A stretch of 64,000 bases of DNA from Podarcis cretensis. Taxonomy: Eukaryota. A program made the translations under genes and the position numbers. The notes beneath the pieces are model-generated. The model was not told the DNA's origin. It searched no databases and was given only the letters and a program-made list of their open reading frames with translations. Position 1 is the first letter of the stretch, and each line of letters opens with the position of its first letter. Positions 36,341-48,075 of this stretch are shown piece by piece. The stretch is from the NCBI GenBank assembly GCA_951804945.1, contig OX638149.1:118420001-118484000 (forward strand), given 5' to 3'.

Positions 36341-39300
36341 AGGCGATGGTAGAAATGTCCTTATATCTAGGAACGGCTCCCCTTTTCGCCCGCCTGCCTT
36401 CGCCAGAGGTTCCTTCTCTCCAAGAATGCCCTTCTTCCCAGAGCTTCCCAGTTCTCTCGCTCACACACACACACATGCGCGCGCTCTCTCTCGCTCTCTC
36501 ACGCGCAAAACAGGCACAGGTTTGTACAAATAGGACCTTTTCCAGCTCTTTCTCTCTCTCCCCCCCCACCTCCCCAAACTCCACACACACACTCCCCTTC
36601 CCCTCCTCCTCCTCCTCCTCCTCCCCCCCGTTTCACCCCCCTTTCCCCAACCAGGAGTCTCGATAAGCTATAGGTAGGGCAGCAAATCACCTGGGAATGC
36701 CATCCTTTGCCCAGATTCCTGCGCGCATACATCTCACATGCACAGCCCAGACCTATATATCCTAGCAAAATCCTCCACAGAACTGGAAGGGAGTCAGGCA
36801 CACAAAGCCTGTGACACCATGTCCTGGTTTGAGACACAAACAGGAATAGTTTGCATTTCTATAAAAAGAACAAGAACAAACAGTCACCGGAAATGCAGCC
36901 AGGAAAGGCTTAAGGGCCAAGAAGGTGTTTAGGCAGAATATCTCTCGCTTTCCAGACTTTGCAAAGCAACCGCCAATATTTACCCTGATTGGAGCATCCT
37001 TTCTCCTTATTAGAAAAAAAAAAAAAAGCATGTAGGAGCTTGTTGCTTCTCTCTCACACACACATACACACATACAAATGCTTGATAGCTAGCTAGCCAG
37101 CCAGGGTATCATGTAGCAAAACCAGGACGTTCCCCCTGTTTCATTTAATACAACGCAGTTTTTCCAACTCGAAATTCTGTTGCTTGCTTCCCTTCCCTAC
37201 TTCGCGATATCATTTTGTACCGGACAGAAAGAAAGAGAGAGCGAGAGAGAGAGGGAGGGAGGTAATATGGAATGAGGACTAGCTCTATCTGTCTAATCGA
37301 TGCAGAGTCTTATATATAGGCATCAGCTTCCACCGCCACCCGCGTTTCATCGAAGTGTGAGCCTCGTTTCCGAGCGCCTGTTGGACTGACAGAACCCTAG
37401 GCTGCATCAGACATCTTAGGGTGGGGCAACTGCCCCAGCACAGTCGCTTACTTCTGAAAAGCAACAATCAGATCCACGCAGAAACACACCGCAGCTTCAA
37501 TGTCACTTGAAGGGGGAAGGGACGGGGGAAAGACACAGTATTTGAGAATTAAATTCCGAAACACAGAACCGCACACAGCACCTTCACCTCGCGGTTGTGC
37601 GGTTGAAATCGCTCCCTCGCCCTCCTCCCTTTCCTTCTCCTTCTACACATTCAAGGCGCATGAAATGAGCGAGGACACATTAAATCAGATACACACCGAG
37701 AATCCCCACGGAAGAAGAGGCGCATTTCTTCTGACAACAGGTAATAACAGAAGATGTGGTTATTTCCTCCCGGTTCTTTCCCTTGGCTGTAGTACAATGT
37801 CAAGTTTAACCCCACAACTTTGTTTCTCCTCCTAGTTGAAAGAGTACCAGAACACCGTCGCTTTACTAAAGACTGAAAGTCCATGTCTCTCACTCCCCAA
37901 CTACTGAGGGCTATTAATAAAAATAAAATAAGATAAAGACGACATCTAAGATACAAGATACTGATAGTAAAATGAGATGGAAATTATTTTCTCTTATGAA
38001 CCGTAGCCAGGAGCACGAAAAAGAAACCAAAAAACCTCGAAAGAAATTGGATTTCAAGGCCATCTAATATGATTTTCTGAAGGGGGTGAAATGATTTTAT
38101 TATTATTATTATTTTTTAAAAAACACGCATTCCGGTTTCAGCCTTGTAACGTCCTATACATTCAATCCTTTAGAAGCACGAAGGCGAATTAAAACAACGA
38201 GGCTAATCATAGTCAGGCGGGTTTAAAAGCCTTAGTTCAGTGTGGGCTTTCGAGTCGGCTAAATGGGTGTAGGATTGGAGCAGTGTGTGTGTGTGTGAAG
38301 ATATGTGTGTAACACACACACATAAATACACCTCCCAAATAGGAAGAGAATACGAGATATTATTATGATATACTTTGTTATATTGTTTTACATTAATGAG
38401 AGGCTTATATGGATATATAACGACACATATTCGTTTGATGTCCTCGATAAACCCCAAAATGACCAAGTATCTTGTACAAGGGTGCCTCCTGATTGACATC
38501 CGCAGTGACTCACAAGTCCTAAGCCGTCTTTTGCACTTAGCTCTAGGAAGGAAGCTGAGAAGGTAGGAGAAATACCTTCATCTCTAAACCCTAACCAAGC
38601 CAAGTCCCAGCTTCCCCATATATGAACCTCTTTCCTAATTTAAAAAAAGAAAACAAAAGGGGTGGGGAAGTAGAAGGAAGGGGAAGATCATATGCCCAAA
38701 TGGTATCCAGATCTCCTTCGAGTGTCCACCATTTAACCTTGGTTGCCTTGCTTGTATGACGCCCATCCAGGAATCACCACTACAAGCTCACACCAAACCT
38801 GCGCAACAGATCCGGGCATAAACCAGCCGCACCACCCAATGTCCATTTAGCCAGACACAGTTCCACCTCCTTTCTTTCGAATGCTCATGCTTGCTTTTAG
38901 GTTTTGCTGCAATGAATGGACTCCCCTCCCCTCCCAAATGTTGACTGCGCAGCTAAAATGGCCCCTGCGTCTCCTATCGCAATGGAGCGAGGCAAAGGCT
39001 TTCTCGCTTGCGCGGTTGTCTCCAATATATCCTCCAGACCAAGCGCCTCAGGATCATGCGGAAAAAGCAGACGATTCCAAAAGCAGACGATTTCCCCCCT
39101 TATTCGCCCCCACCCATCTACGCACCCTCCAGTAACCGCACCACAGGAAATCAACATAGAGCTAATAACCAGCATCCTGTCGACCCCCACCCCCACCTCA
39201 CCTCTCCTTTTCAAAAACCCTTGAATCAGCTACATATCTGGATAGGAGGCAACTAGTTTCCACCATTCCAAGTTCAAGGACACGGTGGTCGTTTGTTAAT

Positions 39301-39829
39301 AAGGAAAAGGAAACGAGCGCGGGGTGGGGGGGGGGAGAGAAAAAGACGCCCTCCACGATTCTTGCAAAAGACCACTTACAGTCTGGAAATGCCTATTAAA
39401 CAAACCACAGCAAAAGAGAAGAATCCGGTGTCCTTGAGCCTCTCAAGGATTCCTACCCTGATTAAGAGGCGAAGAGAAATCTGGGACTTTTCCACAGACG
39501 CGTCTTCAAAATGGGTCGCCTTGTTCTATCCGGCGCGGTAGCATTTCAAACCCGGGAACTAGCAAACCAACACCCCCACCCCGCCGCGCCCGCCTCGCAA
39601 CGCGCAACATAGCACACAGAAGGGTGGCTTTACCGTTCGGCGTCTTGCAAGGTCTGTCGTCGTTGCCTCCTGGAACTAGCCGGTTTTCCCCTGCGAGTGA
39701 CATCTCCAAAGAAGCCTCCGTGAAAAATTAGGACGGCTGGCATAACGGTGTCGGAGCGAGGGGGTGGGGGGTGGGGACGGAAGAGAGAGAAGCAAAATAT
39801 GCCTGGTCCGCCCGGAGAGAAGGCACTGT

Positions 39830-40075
39830 ATATTTGTGCCACCCAAGATAAGACACTAACTTGACCTTAACTTTGTTATGGCGCCCCTAGTATCTGGAGA
39901 ACGTGAACAGACACTGTCTGGCAGCTCTCGTAAAAACTGACTGGAGAAGCGATTCTGAGTCATTTCATTTATGGCCACTACAGTTCTGCAAGAAAGCTTT
40001 TCCTCCCTGCCAAACTTTAATTATTTATGCTCTTTTAGGAAACACAAAAGCGCCCAGAGCCATTTAAAACAATCA
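39830..40075. promoter_or_regulatory. Candidate conserved element between Hoxd11 and Hoxd12 (RX / D11.12-like)
   Basis: Repeat-free block with TGACCT-TAACTT (39862-39873), CTCGTAAAA (39927-39935, posterior Hox/Cdx motif), TTTATGG (39968-39974) and TAATTA. Position matches described mammalian elements; identity not verified. Confidence 0.45.
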
Positions 40076-42885
40076 GAGGGACGTTCCTTTTGCCTTATCA
40101 AACTCCCAGGCATTGCAAAAAGCACCCCCGGCTTAGCCTATCAGAGCGAAGGACTCGTCCCCGCGACGCCAACAAGATGCGGATTTGGGGACTGACTCCA
40201 GGAGGAAGATGTATGTGGACATGTGTGTCGCTAATGAAGCCATACAATCATGTTGGCGGTGTGTGTGTGTGTGTGTGTGTGTGAAGGGGAGGGAGGGAGA
40301 GAGAGAGAACCTTATTTTCTACACACCCCACCCTCCAAATCGCATCACACTACATACGCATACACACACCACACACACAAACACGTACATACACACCCCA
40401 ACGCTGAATGCGGGTCATTTACAACAGCACCATTTCTTTCTGTGTGCGATAAACAGAAAGAGAACAGCAGTCCTGTATTCATCCGGCCAAGGGTGGGAGC
40501 TTTAACTGAGATGCCCCTCACAAAGCATTTAAATAAACAAATAAATGCATGATTAAGCTCTAGGCCAAGTAATGCTGCAATCCTACGCACATTTACCTCC
40601 GAGGAAGCCGTCCTGATGCCAACGGGATTCCAACACGCCTCCATGAACATCGCGTTGATTCCTGCTGTAAGAGGACTTGCTTCCCAGAAAACGTGCTTAG
40701 GATCGGAACCGGGTGCAAATCCCATTCGGAATCCATCATGGGCAATTTGCCTATGGATTCCGACAGCGTGTAAATCGCAGCTGATCAGCATGTGAGGATG
40801 CGCAGATACAACGTTAACTCATGTGTGGATATCGCCATTTTCAGGTTTTTATCCACAGCAGCTATAACTGTTCCGAATTTAATGTCTAGTACCCTGTCTA
40901 TATATATAGATACCTCCAAGATAGCCCCAACCTACCCCGTCCCTATGATCTTTTCCCTAGCTACAGTCATATACACAGGCATATATGATGTCCAACTACC
41001 TAAAGCGGCCATGACACCGAGCGAATAGAATCTGTCGCAATGCGCTTCTCCAGTGATATGCATTTTTGGAGCAGTTTACCGACTATTGTGTGTCTTGAGC
41101 GCTTGTACGCCTGGGAACCAACAGTTGTTGTTTTTTTGAACACGTAAATACCAGGAATATCTATTTCGGTGGCTTAATTAAAAAATACATGGACACACTA
41201 CATATAATGTGCATATACTGATACTGCTTCTTTCTCTCACTCATTTTATTTCACTTCACACAGACTAATTGCAAGTCCATAATCATCCACAAATGGAAAC
41301 CAATTGAACTTAATAAAGAACGCATCGTCATTTCTATATTTTCCGCCGCTAATGGTGTAATCTTGCACAACCGTTGAGCCTGGTGTTTGCAAGGAGTTAG
41401 TGAAAGAGAGAGTAAAATAATAATTATAATAAAAAAGAGGACCATTAAAGGACGCCCTTCGCTTTTGGGTCAGATGTGCTATTTGCGAGGTAAATCGCCT
41501 GTGGATGCTAGCGAAAAGAATCTCAACATGGAAGGAAGTTGGTTGTATTCGTAGGATTGATTTTCGTTAATTCAGTCTGTATTTTATAAACATTTATTTA
41601 GCGACTTAGAAAACTAAACAAGACCTTGATTACCTAATCAGCTCTGTTGTGGCCTCCGTTGTCTAACGGGAAAAATTTGGGAATAGAGATGGAAAGGAGT
41701 TGGCCATATAATTGAAAAAGAATCATTAGCTCCCAGTCATTCCATAACCATCATTGTTATTCTGAGGCATCATTAAATATTTGTCTTATTTTAATTATAT
41801 ATATATTTTAAAAAGTTATCTGTTAGCTTTTTCTCTTTAGCAGTATTCAGATATTTAAAAATATCGATTCCTTCTTAACCATGCTTATCGCCTCAGACTT
41901 CTCCAAAAAAGGGGGGGGGGAATTGTAGACAATAATGCACTGTAAATACCGCATTTCCCCCCTTGCAAAATGGAAATTGTTTAACACATCTGATAAACTG
42001 CTACGGCCACCTACAGTTAAATAACATCTCCGCTCGAAACCATGCCTGGCTGGGAAACATCTGAAGGAGGTAAAGTTCAAACATTTAGTTAAGACTACAA
42101 ATGTAGATAATAAACATGAACGTCGTTTTAATTCCTCATTTGCGGGGGGGGGGGCGTGTGAATGAATGAATGCCCCGCTTTTAGCTCTGGAGAGATCTGG
42201 AAACGTGAAGGATCAAAACAAATCACTGATCAAGGATTTAATTTGAAGATCAGGGAAAACAAATTTCATTTTATCCTTTGTGGGAAAATATATTTCTTTC
42301 CCCATTCGAGGCGTCTGAATTGTGAAATACTCTCTCGCTCTGCTCTCGCTCTTAGAAAACTATTATTACACACAGTTATCAGATGAATATGAAATTATAC
42401 CACAACCTCCACTCAAATAAGCTTCATTAGTGTGTGCCTATAGAATCACGGTGTAAAGGAAAAACAGCCCCCAAGGTAGATCCCTGGCCAGTTGTGCTTA
42501 AAAACTTGCTGGCTTGGCGAGGAGATGTTTGTTTTGTTTTGTTTTGTGATGTGTGGTGTGAGAGTTTGTGAAAGCAGGGACTGGAAACAGGCGGCGGAGA
42601 TGGAACAGAGGATATTCCGATTGAGTCGCATCCTTGATTCCTTTGTGTCTTCCCTCCCTTTATTTTGCGCGCAGCCTTTGGACAAGGCCAAAGTCAAGCT
42701 AAAGAGGAAGGAAGGCTGCGAGCAGCCGAGACAGAGCGCTGAGCCAAGGGCAGCCGGCGAGAGGGGCGAGGGGAGGCAGAACAAAACAGAAACAAACCGC
42801 AAATGGCAGACAGAGGGTCGGAGGGGGGGCGGTAGGGAAAGGAAGCGAAGATGTTTGGATATGCCTTTGGAGGCGCGGGCCTAAG

Positions 42886-43015
42886 NNNNNNNNNNNNNNN
42901 NNNNNNNNNNNNNNNNNNNNNNNNNNNNNNNNNNNNNNNNNNNNNNNNNNNNNNNNNNNNNNNNNNNNNNNNNNNNNNNNNNNNNNNNNNNNNNNNNNNN
43001 NNNNNNNNNNNNNNN
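42886..43015. other. Assembly gap
   Basis: Run of N. Confidence 1.
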
Positions 43016-44530
43016 GCCTCAGGCAGGGCGGGAGGCAGACGGAGAACAAAGAGACCTGTGGCACCGTCAAGATGACAATCCAGACTATTTGGCAAGACGA
43101 AAGTTTCTGTGAAGTGCGGTCTACTTCGCCCAATGTCCTACATAACGATGGTGGTGAAATCTCCTGGGACTCAGGATCCCATTTGGTGTTGTATCTGGCG
43201 AACGGTTAAGAGAGTGGACTGCCTTAAGAAAAGGTGGTCATCGAATAATAGAATTGCAGAGCGGGAGGGACCCCGACGGTCATCTAGCCCAACCCACGGC
43301 AACGCAGGAATCTCAACTAAAGCATACAGAGCAGATGGTCGTTTTTAAGGTGTCACTCTGTTTCCCCTCCTCCCCGCGACAGACTAGCAGGGCGGCCCCT
43401 CCGGAAGCGACTGCAGCGGGAGGCGCGTGGACGCTGGTTATTAGCACACACACGCATGCACAAGTATGCCCTCCGTTTGCTTGTGGCGGAGGCGCCTTCC
43501 GTTCCCGTGCAGCAATCGTGCGAGGACCAAGCGACAATGCCTGCGTCTGGAAACCGAAGCAATAAGGCAAGAATAGTCGTGAAGCCACTCCTCGCTGTCA
43601 AGGGACAAAGAACTCTGAACGGGATCCACTAGGAAAGGCGGATTCCTCCGCCCTCCCCACTGCGGCGCAGGCCCCACCGCCACGCGCAAAATAAGACCCC
43701 AGTAACATCTTCACCGCTCCCCACCAAAATCTGCACGAGAAATACTAACGATCCAGGGAGCCTAACAGCCTAACACCCCTGGAGCATTTTCAATTCACAC
43801 AGATTTTTTGCTTCAGGGCAAGCAGACACAGCCGCGGTTTTGTCACCTCCATCTTCCTTCCATTCCTGGGAGAAACGCGAAAATCTTTCCATCTTCTGCT
43901 CCCAACCACCTCCCATCTCTCTCTGTCCTCTCCCCCCCCCCACTTTTATCTAACAATCAGGGCTCCAGAAGTGGGGGGAAGGGTTGTTCGAGCAATCCAG
44001 AGACCACGGAGGGGACTCAGGCAACGAGGCCAAAACGCTGCAACGCCTTGCGAAGTAACGGAGGGAGATGACAGCCAAACCTTGACTGCGAGGTCACGTG
44101 CCTTTGTCGCAATAAATACATGTGTGCGTGTCTGTGTGTAGCTATTTAAAAAAAATATATACATTTTATTGTGAACCACTTTAAAAAATATATGTTCCAG
44201 CGCTTCCTTGTTTTGTGGTTTTGGTAAAACGACCCCCCACAACAGCCCCCCCCCCCACGCACACTCTGCGTCCTACTGCAAAGTAGCTGGAGCCATACAC
44301 GGATTACCTGCCAATGTAACAATTTTAGGGCCTTTCCCATTCAGCCAGAGTCACACACAATATTCTCCCTTTGCTTTCACGCAGATCCAGGCGGCGGGCG
44401 GGCGGGCGCTCGACGCGTTTCTTCCCCCCAGCTGAAGTCTTGGTGAGGGTGGAATGAATGTTAAAGAACATAACAAAAGAAAGAAACAGACGAGGGGGTG
44501 GGGTGGGGAGAGCTGACGCCACACATTTCC

Positions 44531-44536
44531 TTTATT
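44531..44536 (-). terminator. Probable Hoxd12 polyadenylation signal AATAAA
   Basis: First AATAAA seen on the minus strand after the Hoxd12 stop (about 520 nt), followed by GT/T-rich sequence. Confidence 0.5.
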
Positions 44537-44543
44537 ATAGTTA

Positions 44544-44753
44544 CAGTGGTACTTCGGGTTAAGTACTTAATTCGTTCTGGAGGTCCGTTCTTAACCTGAA
44601 ACTGTTCTTAACCTGAAGCACCACTTTAGCTAATGGGGCCTCCCGCTGCCACTGCGCGATTTCTGTTCTCACCCTGAGGCAAAGTTCTTAACCCGAGGTA
44701 CTATTTCTGGGTTAGCGGAGGCTGTAACCTGAATGTAACCCGAGGTATCACTG
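44544..44753. mobile_element. Tc1/mariner (pogo/Tigger-like) MITE, 210 bp
   Basis: TIRs CAGTGGTACTTCGGGTTA / TAACCCGAGGTATCACTG. TA TSDs at 44542-44543 and 44754-44755. Internal TTCTTAACC(T/C)GA sub-repeats. Confidence 0.9.
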
Positions 44754-45054
44754 TACTTCCTTTCCCCTTCAGCCAAGAAGTGAGGCTTTTGCCGATTTAC
44801 AAAGCCAAGCAGGTTGATTGGGGGGGGGGGGAGCGAATCTGGCTGCTTGGACTAGACCCCTGTCATCGCTCCCCTCCAGATTTTGCCTGCGTTTTCGCCT
44901 GGAATCCGTAGTGGTTTCGCTTCGCTTCGCTTCGTTTCGCGTCGCTTTGTTGTCCCTCTGCTGAGCCGGGAGACAGCCGCTCCGGAGGCAAGTTCATGAT
45001 TAACAGGGAGGAAGAGAGCCAGCCCCAAGACGCCCCCCTCCCTGGGCGGCGTCT

Positions 45055-45293
45055 CTAGTAGAGCGAGAGCGCCTGCTCGCGCATCACCACGCGCTTCTTC
45101 TTCATCCGCCGGTTCTGGAACCAAATCTTCACTTGCTGGTCGCTCAGATTCAGTCTGTTGGACAGCTCTTTCCGCTTTTGCCGGTTGATGAACTCGCTGA
45201 GGAGGAACTCGCTCTCCAGCTCGGTGATCTGTTGCTTCGTGTAAGGCTTCCGTTTCTTCCTCGACCTCCCTGGCGTGGGGCACCAGGGCAAAC
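45055..45293 (-). CDS. HOXD12: Hoxd12 exon 2 (homeodomain)
   Basis: [79 protein letters not shown]. Acceptor CAG at 45296-45294. Confidence 0.95.
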
Positions 45294-45821
45294 CTGCAAC
45301 AGAACAGGACACATCGAGAAGGGGTTTGTGTTTGGTTCGTTCTCGCTTGGCGCGCTTGTTCTGACCGAGCCGGCTCCCCGGTGCTCTGGGTGGTCTCACG
45401 CAAGCGTGGAGGAAGCCGCGCCTATGGCCAGGAGGTGGGGAAGCCTATTTCAAGAAAGCAAGGCACTTTTTAATCCTCTAGGATTTAAGCCTGTAGGATT
45501 ATGCGCTTTGGGGTGGGATGGAAGTCCGAATTTGCACAAGTCCCATCCGGAGCAAGCGCCACTGAACCCAGAGGGACTTACTCCCGACGCAGGAGCAGGC
45601 CTAGGGTGTTGGTGGCTGCGATCCTACTCAGATTTTCATGGAAATGAAATCGGTGAGGCAGATAGGCCTAACAGCTTTACCGTGGAAGTAATCTCACCGA
45701 GTGTACCGGAGTTTGGGTGCAACATTTGTGAAGGCTCAGGGACTGGGGTTTTATTGGCTGGGGAGGGTTGGGTTGGGGGGGGGGAGAGGATTCTTTCCTC
45801 TAGCGGCGAGAAGGCACATAC

Positions 45822-46443
45822 CGTCCTGCAGAGGAGGTCTGAGGTTTGGCTGGGTTGCTGCGGGCGGGAGTGTCAGGTTCAAGTTGATGGCGTGCTTGAG
45901 GTCCTCCTTGATAAAGCCCGAGACGGAAGAATCCGCGTTCAAAAGAGACGCTGATGCGCTGGGCAGGCTTCTCGGCTCATACCTGAGCCCTTTGGCCTGA
46001 GTCGCCGCCGCCGCCGCCGCCGCCGCCATCCCCACCATTCTCCCGCAACTCGAGTCGTCGGTCAAAGCTTCTCGGCTCGGCCTGCCTCTCTCGTCCTGCT
46101 TGGGAGCGGCTTCGTGGGCGGAGTACTTGGGGTGGTGGCCGTCCAAGGCGGCTTTGCTGCCGCTGGGGTTAAGGCTGACGCCGGTGAGGGAGCCAGTAGC
46201 TGCGGCGAGGTAAGACGGAGGCTGCGACGAGCCGCCGAGTACGTGGCTGGACGGCTGAGCCGGGCAAGAGCTGGCGCAAGTCCACGCGATGGGGCTCCTC
46301 GGGTAGGAGAGCGCGGGCAACGAGGCGGCCAGCTGGTGGCTTCCATTAGCTCGCAGGTTGGGGAAATAAAAGGAGTCGGCGGCAGAGGGCAAGTTCAGGA
46401 GGGAGCCCACGTAGCCCGGCCGGCAGAGGCTCCGATCGCACAT
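45822..46443 (-). CDS. HOXD12: Hoxd12 exon 1
   Basis: MCDRSLCRPGYVGSLLNL...DSFYFPNLRANG...LSYPR...INLNLT...LQDG. Donor G|GTATGT at 45822/45821. Spliced CDS 861 nt (286 aa). Confidence 0.94.
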
Positions 46444-47951
46444 TTTCCAACGCGAAGGACGTGGCTTCCTCCGTCTTCATTCAGGGCGGTGTGCGTGGAA
46501 CTGTCGGAAGACGACTCCTTCTTAGCTCGGGGGTGCTCCCAAGCCGGGCATTTCCAGCGCCTCTAGCAGACGAGCCTCCTTCGCGAAAAGTTGCAGGAGA
46601 ACTTCTCGAAAGAAGGAGATGGACCCCCAGTGCAGCGGAGGAGGAGGAGGAGGAAGAGGAGGAGGAAGAGGGCGGGAGCGGAGGGGGGAAGAGATGGTAG
46701 ACTCCAGTCATGGGACGCCCGAGGGCAAGTGGACGGGGATTGCCCTGGTGACAAAGTTTTAGAAGACCCCCCTCCCCCGTTTCAGGGATTCAACCTGCAG
46801 GAACCCCCCGTTCTCTGCTCCCTCCCTGGCAGGCGCAAATTAGTCGGGTTCTGCGTTTTAACCTCCATCATGGCTTCCCTCACCATCATTTATTCTTCCA
46901 AGAGTTAATTAAGACCGTGTGTGTGTGTAATATTACACACGCACACACTTGCATATTTGTCCTTTGCATAAGTAATATACAAACCTTGCCTTGATGAACT
47001 TTGTCTAAGTGCAGTACCTCAATCTGTATACAAAGGAAATTGTTTTGTTATTTTATGCGCGCATATTCCGCACATATTTTGCCTCCTGTCTATTGTGAGA
47101 TAGCAGGAAGAGGAATGAGCTGCTGTCCCTCACATGAGGATTTGAACTTGACACACCGCGTGACTCTAAGGTATTTCTGTAAACATAGATGTGCGGTGCA
47201 ATCTTTACTCAGAAGTAAGGCTTACCGAGGTTTGCTCCTAGGTAAGCAAGCGTTGGGTCACAGGCACAATGCAATTTCGGCAGTTCTGAATTCTGAATTA
47301 ACAGTTCCCATTACTGATATATTATGTACAATATTAATACGTTCTACCTGTATACTGAATGCACGGACAAGTGTCCTATTTATCTGTGAAATCGAATGAA
47401 CACATTAAGGGGCGGGGGAGAGATCTGTTTATTTTATACTTATCCCTTCATACCTAGTGGAGATTGCTTGTCAGAATAAGTTCCCCCCATTTTAAAATTA
47501 CAACTTTTGGCGTCTTTCTACCAGGATTTCCATTAAAAGCGAGTTCTTGCTCCTTCTCATACGCCATTCTTTACAATAAACTGCATATATATGATATAAT
47601 GTATAAATTATATAATGTATATAATGTATAAAATGGATATACATTTTTTTAAAAAAAAATCACAATTCCTGGAAAAAACTTACTGTGCTGAAAGGGAAGG
47701 GAGCTCAATTTTTCCTGTGCTCTCATGGAACCTTACCTAACTCGCTTCCAAACCTTCTGCGTGGTAAGGTGTCTCTGGAAGTTTCTCCCATCGATTTCCT
47801 TGGGACTCACTTTGGCTTACCGATAAAGTAACTCCCCGCAAAGGAGCGGGCCTGCTAAGGAAGCTCTTCCGCGAAGATCGAGGCCTGCTTGCTTTGAAAT
47901 CAACGCTTCGCTTCGCAGGAAGGAAAAGGAGGAACCTACTAACGGTTCGGC

Positions 47952-47965
47952 AGAGCAGAGGGCGC
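47952..47965 (+). promoter_or_regulatory. CTCF-like motif upstream of Hoxd12
   Basis: AGAGCAGAGGGCGC, 12/14 to CCAGCAGAGGGCGC. Confidence 0.45.
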
Positions 47966-47969
47966 GGAT

Positions 47970-48040
47970 ATGCGTAATAGCGGCTATGGCGAGCCTTTTA
48001 AGTAATGACCGCCTAATGGACAGTGCTAATTTGCATGGCA

Positions 48041-48045
<5 letters not shown>
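47970..48045. promoter_or_regulatory. Octamer/TAAT-rich element upstream of Hoxd12 (candidate RXI)
   Basis: Perfect octamer ATTTGCAT at 48029-48036 with several TAAT cores, 1.5 kb upstream of Hoxd12. Confidence 0.35.

Positions 48046-48075
<30 letters not shown>

Noticed and set aside
39880-39895. GCGCCCCTAGTAT as a CTCF site
   Set aside because: One base short in the G-run and lacking the CC start, so the core does not align.
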